Positions 38,867-47,090 of a stretch of DNA of 64,000 nt are shown piece by piece; position 1 is the first letter of the stretch; each line of letters starts with the position of its first letter. Origin of the DNA: Clostridiales bacterium (GTDB taxonomy: Bacteria > Bacillota > Clostridia > Christensenellales > Borkfalkiaceae); the NCBI GenBank assembly GCA_015055655.1, contig SVHW01000001.1, forward strand, positions 15,465 through 79,464, given 5' to 3'. The translations under genes were made by a program, and so were the position numbers. The notes under the pieces were generated by a model. It searched no databases, was not told the origin of the DNA, and saw nothing but the letters and a program-made list of their open reading frames with translations.

Positions 38867-38875
38867 TGTGGATAA
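38867..38875 (-). promoter_or_regulatory. Perfect DnaA box (TTATCCACA on the minus strand), 20 nt upstream of the nrdD ATG
   Basis: TGTGGATAA within the repeated TTTTTGTGGATAAA. Confidence 0.4.
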
Positions 38876-38894
38876 AACGTTGGGGAGGATAGGC

Positions 38895-41075
38895 ATGAAA
38901 GAAATGAAAATCATTAAAAGAAGCGGTCAAGAAGTTGTATTCGATAAAGACAAGATTATCGCGGCTGTATTTAAGGCAAACAAGGAAGTGCCTGCGGTAG
39001 CGCGTTTGTCTGATAGTGAAATTTATGCTATTGCCGATTCCGTCGCAGAAGAATGCGAAAATATGGTTCGTTCTGCCCACGTTGAAGAAGTCCAAGATAT
39101 GGTCGAAAACCATTTGATGGAATCTAAGGCGTACGTTTTGGCGCGTAAATATATCACGTATCGTTACACGCGTGAACTCGTTCGTAAGTCGAATACTACG
39201 GACGCGCAAATTCTTTCGCTTATCGAGTGTAATAACGAAGAAGTAAAACAGGAAAATTCCAATAAAAATCCTACGGTTAACAGCGTTCAACGCGATTATA
39301 TGGCAGGGGAAGTGTCCAAAGACCTTACCCGTCGTATTCTTTTGCCCGACGATATCGTTGCCGCGCACGACCAAGGCTTAATTCATTTCCACGACGCCGA
39401 TTATTTTGCGCAACATATGCACAATTGCGACCTTGTGAATTTGGAAGATATGTTACAAAACGGAACGGTTATTTCCGGTACGTTAATTGAAAAGCCGCAC
39501 TCTTTTTCTACGGCGTGCAATATTGCCACGCAAATTATTGCGCAGGTTGCGTCCAATCAATACGGCGGACAAAGCATTTCTTTGACGCATTTAGCGCCGT
39601 TTGTAGATATCAGCCGTAAAAAAATTCGCAAGGAAGTCGCAGAAGAACTTGCGCATCTTGGCGTGGATGAAGAAAATATCAATGCTATTGCCGAAAAACG
39701 CTTATTAGATGAAATTAAGCGTGGTATTCAAACGATTCAATATCAAGTAGTTACGTTGCTTACGACCAACGGACAAGCGCCGTTTGTGACGGTGTTTATG
39801 TATTTGAACGAGGCGAGAAATGAGCAGGAAAAAGCTGACCTTGCTTTAATTATTGAAGAAACGTTAAAACAGCGTATTAAGGGCGTTAAAAATGAATCGG
39901 GCGTATGGATTACGCCTGCTTTCCCCAAGCTGATTTACGTGCTTGAGCCGGATAATATCACGGAAGACCAACCGTATTTCTATCTCACGGAACTCGCGGC
40001 GAAATGTACGGCGAAACGTATGGTGCCCGATTATATTTCCGAAAAGAAGATGTTAGAATTCAAGATTGACAAAAACGGCGAAGGTCATTGCTTTACGTGT
40101 ATGGGTTGCCGCAGCTTTTTGACGCCGTACGTGGACGAAAACGGTAAACCGAAATATTACGGTAGATTTAATCAAGGCGTCGTTACGATTAACCTTGTTG
40201 ACGTGGCTTTGTCTTCGGGCGGGGATATGGATAAATTCTGGGAAATCTTTGATGAAAGATTGCACCTTTGTTATCGCGCGCTTATGCACCGTCATACCCG
40301 TCTTTTGGGTACGCTTTCCGACGCTGCGCCTATCCTTTGGCAATACGGCGCTTTGGCAAGATTGAAAAAGGGCGAACCGATTGATAAACTCTTGTTTGGT
40401 GGGTATTCTACGATTTCGCTTGGTTACGCAGGGCTGTACGAGTGTGTAAAATATATGACGGGCAAATCGCATACGTCGGACGATGCGAAGCCGTTTGCGT
40501 TATCCGTAATGCAACATATGAACGATAAGTGTAAAGAGTGGAAGGAAAAAGAGAATATTGATTTCTCGTTGTACGGTACGCCGCTGGAAAGCACGACGTA
40601 TAAGTTCTCGAAATGTTTGCAAAAACGTTTTGGCATTATCGAAGGGGTTACGGATAAAAACTATATCACCAACAGTTATCACGTACACGTTTCCGAGCCT
40701 ATTGACGCGTTTACTAAGTTGAAATTTGAAAGCGCGTTCCAACAGCTTTCTCCCGGTGGCGCAATTTCGTACGTAGAAGTGCCTAATATGCAAAATAATA
40801 TTCCCGCGGTGCTTTCCGTAATGAAATTCATTTACGATAATATTATGTATGCAGAATTGAACACGAAGAGCGATTATTGTCAAGTTTGCGGTTATGATGG
40901 AGAAATTCAAATTCAAACGGACGAAGCAGGCAAATTGATTTGGGAATGTCCTTGCTGTAAAAATCGCGACCAATCGAAGATGAACGTGGCGCGTCGTACG
41001 TGTGGATATATCGGTACGCAATATTGGAATCAAGGCAGAACGCAAGAAATTAAGGATAGAGTATTGCACTTATAA
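38895..41075 (+). CDS. nrdD: Anaerobic ribonucleoside-triphosphate reductase
   Basis: N-terminal ATP-cone (IIKRSGQEVVFDKDKI), C-terminal Zn site CQVC...CPCC, glycyl-radical motif RTCGYIG. GGAGG RBS precedes ATG 38895. Confidence 0.93.
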   Translation: MKEMKIIKRSGQEVVFDKDKIIAAVFKANKEVPAVARLSDSEIYAIADSVAEECENMVRSAHVEEVQDMVENHLMESKAYVLARKYITYRYTRELVRKSNTTDAQILSLIECNNEEVKQENSNKNPTVNSVQRDYMAGEVSKDLTRRILLPDDIVAAHDQGLIHFHDADYFAQHMHNCDLVNLEDMLQNGTVISGTLIEKPHSFSTACNIATQIIAQVASNQYGGQSISLTHLAPFVDISRKKIRKEVAEELAHLGVDEENINAIAEKRLLDEIKRGIQTIQYQVVTLLTTNGQAPFVTVFMYLNEARNEQEKADLALIIEETLKQRIKGVKNESGVWITPAFPKLIYVLEPDNITEDQPYFYLTELAAKCTAKRMVPDYISEKKMLEFKIDKNGEGHCFTCMGCRSFLTPYVDENGKPKYYGRFNQGVVTINLVDVALSSGGDMDKFWEIFDERLHLCYRALMHRHTRLLGTLSDAAPILWQYGALARLKKGEPIDKLLFGGYSTISLGYAGLYECVKYMTGKSHTSDDAKPFALSVMQHMNDKCKEWKEKENIDFSLYGTPLESTTYKFSKCLQKRFGIIEGVTDKNYITNSYHVHVSEPIDAFTKLKFESAFQQLSPGGAISYVEVPNMQNNIPAVLSVMKFIYDNIMYAELNTKSDYCQVCGYDGEIQIQTDEAGKLIWECPCCKNRDQSKMNVARRTCGYIGTQYWNQGRTQEIKDRVLHL

Positions 41076-41602
41076 TGAATTACGCAACGATAAAATGGAC
41101 GGATATAGCCAATGGGGAAGGCGTGCGCATTTCTCTGTTTGTTTCAGGGTGTACGCATCGTTGTAAAAATTGCTTTAATGAAATCGCTTGGGATTTTTCT
41201 TATGGGCAACCGTTTGACGAAGCGATTCAAAATGAAATTATATCCAATCTCGATTCTACGTTCATCGCAGGGATTTCGCTTTTGGGTGGAGAGCCGTTAG
41301 AACCGCAAAATCAAGAAGCGTTGTATCCGTTTATTAAACGGATAAAAGAGCTTTATCCTAAAAAGACGATATGGTGTTATACAGGCTTCGTTTTAGATGA
41401 AAAAAGCGGCGATTTACGGGAGAAACATAAAAATACCGATTGTACCAAAGCTTTAATTGGGCTTTTTGACGTGCTGGTAGATGGGCCGTACGTAGAAGCG
41501 TTGCATAATATTCGCTTGAAATTTCGTGGTTCGTCTAATCAAAGAGTGATTGACGTACAAAAAACGTTACAAACAGGCGAGTGCGTTTTGTATATGGAAT
41601 AA
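41075..41602 (+). CDS. nrdG: Anaerobic ribonucleotide reductase activating protein
   Basis: Radical SAM cluster GCTHRCKNCFN and GISLLGGEP. ATG overlaps the nrdD stop (TAATG). Confidence 0.9.
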   Translation: MNYATIKWTDIANGEGVRISLFVSGCTHRCKNCFNEIAWDFSYGQPFDEAIQNEIISNLDSTFIAGISLLGGEPLEPQNQEALYPFIKRIKELYPKKTIWCYTGFVLDEKSGDLREKHKNTDCTKALIGLFDVLVDGPYVEALHNIRLKFRGSSNQRVIDVQKTLQTGECVLYME

Positions 41603-41636
41603 GAATATTATAATTATCCGCTGCATACTGTATTGT

Positions 41637-42314
41637 ATGTCGGCGGATTTTTTTAAAAAAAGAACGATAGCTATCACGGCAGGGGTTGCGGTATTCTGTG
41701 TGATAATAGGGATATGTTTATACGCGAGATATTTGGATAGAGCCACGGTAGAGGCGTTTTCACAAAATTATTATTTTTTAGTATCCGATTCCACACACGT
41801 TGAGGCAAGTACGCATCAAATCGTATTAAACGGTGGGGCGGGATATTCGATGTACGAAAATGGACGGCAGTATATTGCCTTTGCCAGCTATTTAACGGCG
41901 ACGGAAGCGGAAAACGTACAAAAAAACATACAAGACGAAACACAAATAATAACGCTTTCTGCGAAAAATTTATATTTTAAGAAACGGAAAGATAAGAAAA
42001 ACAAGAAAAAAATAGTGGGTGCGTTTCAAACGTTATCCAATTGTATTACAGTGCTTAATCAAGAAATCGTCCGTTTAGAAACGGGCGCTACGCAAGAATC
42101 TTGCAAACGTATTTTAAAAATATTAGAGAAACAGTTTCGATATATGTCAAAAACGTACGACGGCGTGTTTCCTTCGTGCGCCGCCGTATGCCAAAAAGCG
42201 GTGACGGATTTGGTGGAGATTGGCAATGAAACGGTATATACGTCTTCGTTGCGAAGTTTGCAGTGTGAATTATGTTGTTCGTATATCCGCTTGGCTAAAG
42301 AATTTTCGCTATAA
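41637..42314 (+). CDS. Hypothetical membrane-anchored protein (possible SPOR-like fold after the TM helix)
   Basis: One N-terminal TM helix (IAITAGVAVFCVIIGICLY). YYFLVS...GAGY...YIAFASYLTATEAENV loosely resembles a SPOR repeat. ATG 41637 avoids overlap with nrdG. Confidence 0.4.
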   Translation: MSADFFKKRTIAITAGVAVFCVIIGICLYARYLDRATVEAFSQNYYFLVSDSTHVEASTHQIVLNGGAGYSMYENGRQYIAFASYLTATEAENVQKNIQDETQIITLSAKNLYFKKRKDKKNKKKIVGAFQTLSNCITVLNQEIVRLETGATQESCKRILKILEKQFRYMSKTYDGVFPSCAAVCQKAVTDLVEIGNETVYTSSLRSLQCELCCSYIRLAKEFSL

Positions 42315-42346
42315 AAATAAATTTTCTCAAAAAGTAGATTTTTTTT

Positions 42347-42376
42347 AAAAAAAGCAAGAAAAACGCTTGCTTTTTT
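42347..42376 (+). terminator. Weak terminator after the hypothetical gene
   Basis: AAAAAAGCAAG-(7 nt)-CTTGCTTTTTT. Confidence 0.45.
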
Positions 42377-42395
42377 CTTTTTGATTAGGTATAAT
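42367..42395 (+). promoter_or_regulatory. Candidate promoter of tRNA-Thr
   Basis: TTGCTT, 17-nt spacer, TATAAT, about 30 nt upstream of the tRNA. Confidence 0.45.
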
Positions 42396-42425
42396 GAATA
42401 AGCTGTCGTTAAGAAGTAAAACGAT

Positions 42426-42501
42426 GCTACTGTGGCTCAGTTGGTAGAGCAGCTGATTCGTAATCAGCAGGTCGCCGGTTCAAGTCCGGCCAGTAGCTCC
42501 A
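42426..42501 (+). tRNA. tRNA-Thr (anticodon CGU), CCA encoded
   Basis: Hand-folded cloverleaf: acceptor GCTACTG/CAGTAGC, D arm GCTC-AGTTGGTA-GAGC, anticodon arm GCTGA-TTCGTAA-TCAGC, T arm GCCGG-TTCAAGT-CCGGC, then T-CCA. 76 nt. Confidence 0.9.
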
Positions 42502-42502
42502 C

Positions 42503-42538
42503 AAAAAAGAGATTGGATTTTTACCAATCTCTTTTTTT
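42503..42538 (+). terminator. Intrinsic terminator after tRNA-Thr
   Basis: AGAGATTGG-ATTTTTA-CCAATCTCT followed by TTTTTT. Confidence 0.7.
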
Positions 42539-42684
42539 GTTGTATACCGAATTCTGGACGGACTTGAGGGTGGGAGCCGTGAGTGGGAACGAACGCTTTG
42601 CCCGATATGGCAACTATTACAAAAAACTGTGACGGCAAAGGCGACAATTAATAATTGTCGAGCGGGGCGTCTCCGCTAAAGGAA

Positions 42685-42705
42685 CAAGTCCGGCCAGTAG
42701 CTCCA
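42685..42705 (+). repeat. Exact 21-bp direct repeat of the tRNA-Thr 3' end (att-like)
   Basis: CAAGTCCGGCCAGTAGCTCCA is identical to 42481-42501. The upstream T-stem strand is not duplicated, so this copy is not a tRNA. Confidence 0.9.
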
Positions 42706-42741
42706 AAAAAACAACTACCGATGTCGGTAGTTGTTTTTTTT
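42706..42741 (+). terminator. Intrinsic terminator following the duplicated tRNA 3' fragment
   Basis: ACAACTACCGA-TG-TCGGTAGTTGT followed by TTTTTTTT. Confidence 0.7.
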
Positions 42742-42747
42742 ATTCTA

Positions 42748-42776
42748 TTGACAAAATATATGGTAAATGGTATAAT
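42748..42776 (+). promoter_or_regulatory. Candidate sigma-A promoter of mgtC
   Basis: TTGACA, 17-nt spacer, TATAAT. Confidence 0.55.
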
Positions 42777-42827
42777 ATACATTAGAAAAATATGGAAACA
42801 AATACTATGTATTTGTACGGAGGAAAA

Positions 42828-43481
42828 ATGTTAGACCCGTTGTTTCAGTTAGAAACGTTGTTAGATTTATTATTATCCGTCGTACTTGGTTTTCTCATCG
42901 GTTTTGAAAGGAAATTGCGATATAAAGAAGCAGGCATACGTACGCATACAATCGTATGCGTTGGGGCGGCGTTAATGATGATTGTTTCTAAATACGCTTT
43001 TGGTGAGGGCGCAGATACGGCGCGCGTAGCGGCGCAAATCGTCGCGGGCGTCGGTTTTTTAGGCGCTGGTATTATCGTTTACAAAAAGAACGAAGTTCAC
43101 GGATTGACAACGGCGGCTGGCGTATGGGCGACGGCTGGCGTAGGTATGGCGTGCGGTGGCAAATTATATATAATTGCAGTCGGCGCAACGGCAATTCTTG
43201 TTCTTGCGCAATGCATTTTCCATATGAATTTTCGTATTTTTCACTCTAAAAAGAATTATTCTATTAAGATAGAGTTTGTTCAAGTTGAAAATGAGAATTT
43301 GAAGGTTAAAGAGATTTTTGGCGTGACTCGGTTTAACCGTTTAATCATCAAGCGTACGGAAAATAAAGTAATTTACCAAGCAATGTTGAATACGGATATT
43401 GAATTTTCTTCTGTAAAATTAAATGAAATTATGGCAGATAATCCGTTTATATCTTCTATTGAACGTTGTGATAACGATTAA
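42828..43481 (+). CDS. mgtC: MgtC/SapB family membrane protein
   Basis: LLLSVVLGFLIGFERK, GIRTH, GAGIIV, GLTTAAGVWATAGVGMACG motifs, plus a C-terminal ACT-like soluble domain. GGAGGA RBS precedes ATG 42828. Confidence 0.85.
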   Translation: MLDPLFQLETLLDLLLSVVLGFLIGFERKLRYKEAGIRTHTIVCVGAALMMIVSKYAFGEGADTARVAAQIVAGVGFLGAGIIVYKKNEVHGLTTAAGVWATAGVGMACGGKLYIIAVGATAILVLAQCIFHMNFRIFHSKKNYSIKIEFVQVENENLKVKEIFGVTRFNRLIIKRTENKVIYQAMLNTDIEFSSVKLNEIMADNPFISSIERCDND

Positions 43482-43577
43482 ATAAAGTTTTTACCTGCCG
43501 TTAAACGAAAAAAAGCCTTGACAAAGTCAAAGGTTTGCGCCAAACAACAAAAAACGCCTTGACAAAGTCAAAGCGTT

Positions 43578-43648
43578 TGGGGAGAGGAGACGCGATTTCG
43601 TGCGCAACCTACGGTTTTGGTGGGAAACGCTGCGCTGTCGTTTGAGCC
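43578..43648 (-). pseudogene. tRNA-Trp-derived pseudo-tRNA, copy 1
   Basis: Aligns to tRNA-Trp from about position 8 to the 3' end. The 5' acceptor strand is absent and the D, anticodon and T loops are mutated (T loop CACGAAAT versus TTCGAAT). Confidence 0.7.
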
Positions 43649-43684
43649 AAACAACAAAAAACGCCTTGACAAAGTCAAAGCGTT

Positions 43685-43755
43685 TGGGGAGAGGTGACGC
43701 GATTTCGTGCGCAACCTACGGTTTTGGTGGGAAACGCTGCGCTGTCGTTTGAGCT
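43685..43755 (-). pseudogene. tRNA-Trp-derived pseudo-tRNA, copy 2
   Basis: As copy 1, with one substitution relative to unit 1. Confidence 0.7.
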
Positions 43756-43791
43756 AAACAACAAAAAACGCCTTAACAAAGTCAAAGCGTT

Positions 43792-43862
43792 TGGGGAGAG
43801 GTGGCGCGATTTCGTGCGCGACCTACGGTTTTGGTGGGAAACGCTGCGCTGTCGTTTGAGCT
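43792..43862 (-). pseudogene. tRNA-Trp-derived pseudo-tRNA, copy 3
   Basis: As copy 1, with four substitutions relative to unit 2. Confidence 0.7.
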
Positions 43863-43900
43863 AAACAACAAAAAACGCCTTGACAAAGTCAAAGCGTTTT

Positions 43901-43975
43901 TGGCAGAGGAGACGCGATTCGAACACGCAACCGGCGGTTTTGGAGACCGCTGCTCTACCGTTGAGCCACTCCTCT
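43901..43975 (-). tRNA. tRNA-Trp (anticodon CCA), CCA encoded
   Basis: The reverse complement folds as: acceptor AGAGGAG/CTCCTCT, D arm GCTC-AACGGTA-GAGC, anticodon arm GCGGT-CTCCAAA-ACCGC, T arm GCGTG-TTCGAAT-CGCGT, then G-CCA. 75 nt, followed by the terminator AAACGCTTTGAC-TTT-GTCAAGGCGTTTTTT. Confidence 0.9.
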
Positions 43976-43988
43976 AGACAACGAAGCT

Positions 43989-44017
43989 ATTATATAACAA
44001 AAAAAACGATTTGTCAA
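43989..44017 (-). promoter_or_regulatory. Candidate sigma-A promoter of tRNA-Trp
   Basis: On the minus strand: TTGACA, 17-nt spacer, TATAAT, ending about 13 nt upstream of the tRNA 5' end. Confidence 0.55.
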
Positions 44018-44085
44018 ATATTTTTAACGGTTTGTAAAAGGAATTTTATCAAAAAGAAAAAACAATACCCAAAAAGAGGGAAAAA

Positions 44086-44580
44086 ATGAAAAAACAAGTA
44101 ACGTTATATACGGATGGCGCGTGTTCTGGGAACCCTGGGATAGGCGGTTATGCTGGGATTTTAATATACGGTTCAGCAAAAAAAGAATATAGCGCGGGCG
44201 AGCAAGAAACGACGAATAATCGTATGGAAGTAAAGGCGGTTATCGAAGGATTAAAACAGTTAAAGTATCCTTGCATTGTTGACGTGTACAGCGATTCGGC
44301 ATACACTGTCAATGCCTTTCAAGAAGGTTGGATATACGCTTGGAAAAACGCAAATTGGAAAAAAGCAGATAAAAAGGCGGTACAAAACGTCGATTTATGG
44401 GAAGAACTGTATGCGCTTACGAAAACGCACGAGGTTCGTTTTCATAAGGTAGCAGGGCACGCGGATAACGAATTGAATAATCGCTGCGACGAATTAGCGC
44501 GCGCGGCGATTGCGCAGCTGAGAAAATCCTTGCCTGTGGAAGACGTAAAAAATGTTTTTGAAACAGTAGACGAAGAATAA
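44086..44580 (+). CDS. rnhA: Ribonuclease HI
   Basis: YTDGACSGNPGIGGYA, NNRMEV, DSAY, HKVAGHADNELNNRCDELA (DEDD catalytic pattern). Confidence 0.88.
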   Translation: MKKQVTLYTDGACSGNPGIGGYAGILIYGSAKKEYSAGEQETTNNRMEVKAVIEGLKQLKYPCIVDVYSDSAYTVNAFQEGWIYAWKNANWKKADKKAVQNVDLWEELYALTKTHEVRFHKVAGHADNELNNRCDELARAAIAQLRKSLPVEDVKNVFETVDEE

Positions 44581-44640
44581 ATTTTATACGATTATATTTT
44601 TAAGAATTGCCTATATTGTATATAGGGAAACGAAGTAGAT

Positions 44641-45573
44641 ATGGAAGAAAATAATCAAGAAAAGCATAAGAAAAATATCCCGATATTTTTTCTTGTTTAT
44701 ATCCTTTTAACAGCGACGTGTATCGTATTTTCTATATTGACGATACATCAATCACGCGTACCGTTTTTACAAAAGAACAAGACGTTATTTTGTGTGATTG
44801 CGTCGCTTTTATTTGTTGCGCTTTGTTCGTTTTCCGTTTGGTTTATTCTATCCCATAAAGAAACGTTGGCAAAAACAGCCGTCAGCACGTTTGTTTTTTT
44901 GCTTTTTTGTTTGGTTTTAATTTACGTATTACAGATAACGGGCTTTTTTGAGATTGTAAAAGATGAAGCCGCTTTTCAAAGCTATTTGGAAAAATCGGGC
45001 GGTTGGATGCCGATTGTTTATATCGTTTTTCAGTATTTACAAGTTGTCTTATTGCCGATTCCCAGCGTCGTCAGCACGCTTGCTGGCGTAGCGTTATTTG
45101 GGCCGTTATGGACGTTGTTATATAGTTTTATAGGTATATGGCTTGGCTCGGTTACTGCGTTTTGGGTAGGGAGAAGGCTTGGCTATAAAGCAGTTGCGTG
45201 GATGGTGGGAGAAGAAACGCTGCAAAAATGGCAAAAGAAATTAAAAAGGAAAGATACGTTTATATTAACCGTTATGTTCTTTTTGCCAATGTTCCCCGAC
45301 GACTTGTTTTGCTTTATTTCGGGGTTATCAACAATGAAAACCCGATTCTTTTTGATTATGATTACGCTTTCGCGTATCGTGTCGATTAGCGCCACTTGCT
45401 TTTCTTTACACTTAATTCCTTTGAATACGTGGTGGGGGCTTTTGCTTTGGGGAGTGCTTATCGCAATCTTTTTAACGGCGTTTATTCTAATCTATAAAAA
45501 CTTGGATAAAATTCAAGATTGGTTTGCCAAAAAATTCAAAAAAAAGAAATCGGACGACGAGAAAGAAGAGTAA
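44641..45573 (+). CDS. TVP38/TMEM64 (DedA-related, SNARE-associated) family membrane protein
   Basis: Multi-TM protein with the LPIPSVVSTLAGVALFG and FFLPMFPDDLFCFISG motifs typical of the family. Confidence 0.7.
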   Translation: MEENNQEKHKKNIPIFFLVYILLTATCIVFSILTIHQSRVPFLQKNKTLFCVIASLLFVALCSFSVWFILSHKETLAKTAVSTFVFLLFCLVLIYVLQITGFFEIVKDEAAFQSYLEKSGGWMPIVYIVFQYLQVVLLPIPSVVSTLAGVALFGPLWTLLYSFIGIWLGSVTAFWVGRRLGYKAVAWMVGEETLQKWQKKLKRKDTFILTVMFFLPMFPDDLFCFISGLSTMKTRFFLIMITLSRIVSISATCFSLHLIPLNTWWGLLLWGVLIAIFLTAFILIYKNLDKIQDWFAKKFKKKKSDDEKEE

Positions 45574-45710
45574 AGTATATTAACGTAAGCTTTTTATGAA
45601 ATTTTTTTACAGATACTTGCTTTTTTTTGTAATATATTGTATAATTGTAACAGGTGGAAAATTGGCGAAATTTGTTAAAATAATTCGTCAAAACACACGG
45701 AGGATATAAT

Positions 45711-47078
45711 ATGGATAAAATAAAATTACTCCAAGAAAGAAAAGAAAAAATCGCGAAGAACGGACAAGAAATTCGTGAACGTATTCAGGCGATTTTTGAC
45801 GAGGAAAGTTTTGTGGAAACGGCGGCGTTTAGCTTTTCCAAAAACGCATTTTACGGAGAAGACGAGGCTGGCGAAGGCGTTGTGACAGGTTTTGCGACAA
45901 TAGAAGGATACCCCTTTTACGTTGTTGCGCAAAATTTTAAAGCTTTCGACGGTGGCATTTCCAAAGCGAATTGCGATAAAATAGCCAATTGTTTGGATGC
46001 GGCAGAAAAGAATAATACGCCCGTCGTATATCTTTTGAATACGCGCGGGGTACAGATTGGCGAAGGCGTTACCGTTTTAGAAGGTCTTTCGAAACTTTTA
46101 TTAAGAAGTACGCAGTTGAAATGCGTTGTTCCGCAATACGTTATCGTTGACGGCGAAGTGTACGGTTCGGCGGCAATGCTCGCGGCGATTGCCGATTTTG
46201 CGTTCTTTTTGGATAAAAAGAGTGTGCTTTCTATCAATAGTCCGTTTGTATTATCGGCGAAAGCTGGTAAAAATTTGCCCAAGGAAGAAGTTGGCGGCGT
46301 AAAAGCGTTGTCCAAAACGGGTATTCCTGCCTTTGAGGTGACGGATTTGGCGAAAGTACGTGAAACGATTGCGCAAATTAGCGAGTTGATTTCTATTCCT
46401 TGTATCGACGCAGAATTAAACGATAGCGCTCCGATATTAAATCAAAAAGTAACGGCGGAAAATCTTCTTACCGTTTTCGAATCGCCTTTGGAGATTTGGA
46501 AGAGCTATGAGGCAGACGTAAAAACGGTGCTTGGCCGTGTTGGTGGCATCGCCGTTGCTGCCGTAATATTCGACGGTGGCGAAAATGGGGTGGAACTCAA
46601 TGCTGATAAACTTGCAAAAATTCGTAATTTTGCGGAATTTGCTTGTGATTATAGGTTGCCGTTCGTTACGTTTACCGACGTGAAAGGCATATGTCCTTGT
46701 ATGTGCGCAAATAATAGCCGAGTTATGAAAGAAGCGGCGGAATATCTGGATGTTCTTGATGCGATTGATACGGCAAAAATTTCCGTTATTTATAAAAAAG
46801 CAATCGGGCTTGGTTATTCCTTGTTTGCGGCAAAATCGGTTGGTTTTGATTATACGTGTGCTTTTGCAAACGCGCAAATTTCTTTGTTTGACAGCGTACA
46901 AGGCGCTGAAATAGAGTTTAAGGACGTAAAGGCGGATAAAGATACGTTGCAGGCAAGATACGCGGATGAAAACGCTGACCCGATAAATGCGGCGAAAGAT
47001 GGATACGTCGATGCGATTATCGAGCCGCAGTTTGTAAAACAGTATTTAATAGCTGCTTTGCAAATGCTTGCAAGATAA
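45711..47078 (+). CDS. Carboxyltransferase-domain protein (12S / acyl-CoA carboxyltransferase type), short and divergent
   Basis: Two crotonase-like halves: VTGFATIEGYPFYVVAQNFKAFDGGIS in the N-half and LPFVTFTDVKG in the C-half. First gene of the decarboxylase cluster. Confidence 0.7.
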   Translation: MDKIKLLQERKEKIAKNGQEIRERIQAIFDEESFVETAAFSFSKNAFYGEDEAGEGVVTGFATIEGYPFYVVAQNFKAFDGGISKANCDKIANCLDAAEKNNTPVVYLLNTRGVQIGEGVTVLEGLSKLLLRSTQLKCVVPQYVIVDGEVYGSAAMLAAIADFAFFLDKKSVLSINSPFVLSAKAGKNLPKEEVGGVKALSKTGIPAFEVTDLAKVRETIAQISELISIPCIDAELNDSAPILNQKVTAENLLTVFESPLEIWKSYEADVKTVLGRVGGIAVAAVIFDGGENGVELNADKLAKIRNFAEFACDYRLPFVTFTDVKGICPCMCANNSRVMKEAAEYLDVLDAIDTAKISVIYKKAIGLGYSLFAAKSVGFDYTCAFANAQISLFDSVQGAEIEFKDVKADKDTLQARYADENADPINAAKDGYVDAIIEPQFVKQYLIAALQMLAR

Positions 47079-47090
47079 GGAGAAGAATAT

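Larger units (their letters stand above)
43540..43860 (-). repeat. Three tandem 107-bp units (1-4 mismatches between neighbouring units), each a 5'-truncated tRNA-Trp-like sequence plus terminator hairpin
   Basis: Exact period of 107 bp, with unit starts at 43540, 43647 and 43754. A fourth unit (43861 onward) carries the intact tRNA-Trp. A related lone hairpin lies at about 43508-43537. Confidence 0.9.

Noticed and set aside
42432-42632. Track ORFs overlapping the tRNA genes (42432-42632 on + and 43880-44089 on +).
   Set aside because: They read straight through tRNA-Thr and tRNA-Trp and their terminators, and lack an RBS. They are artefacts of open frames across RNA genes.
42742-42827. Possible Mg2+ (M-box) riboswitch upstream of mgtC.
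   Set aside because: The leader after the TTGACA-17-TATAAT promoter is only about 50 nt with one small hairpin. That is far too short for an M-box.
43540-43975. Considered whether the 107-bp repeats could be a CRISPR array.
   Set aside because: The units are contiguous, with no unique spacers. The repeat length is far above 25-40 bp, the sequence is homologous to the adjacent tRNA-Trp, and no cas genes are present.
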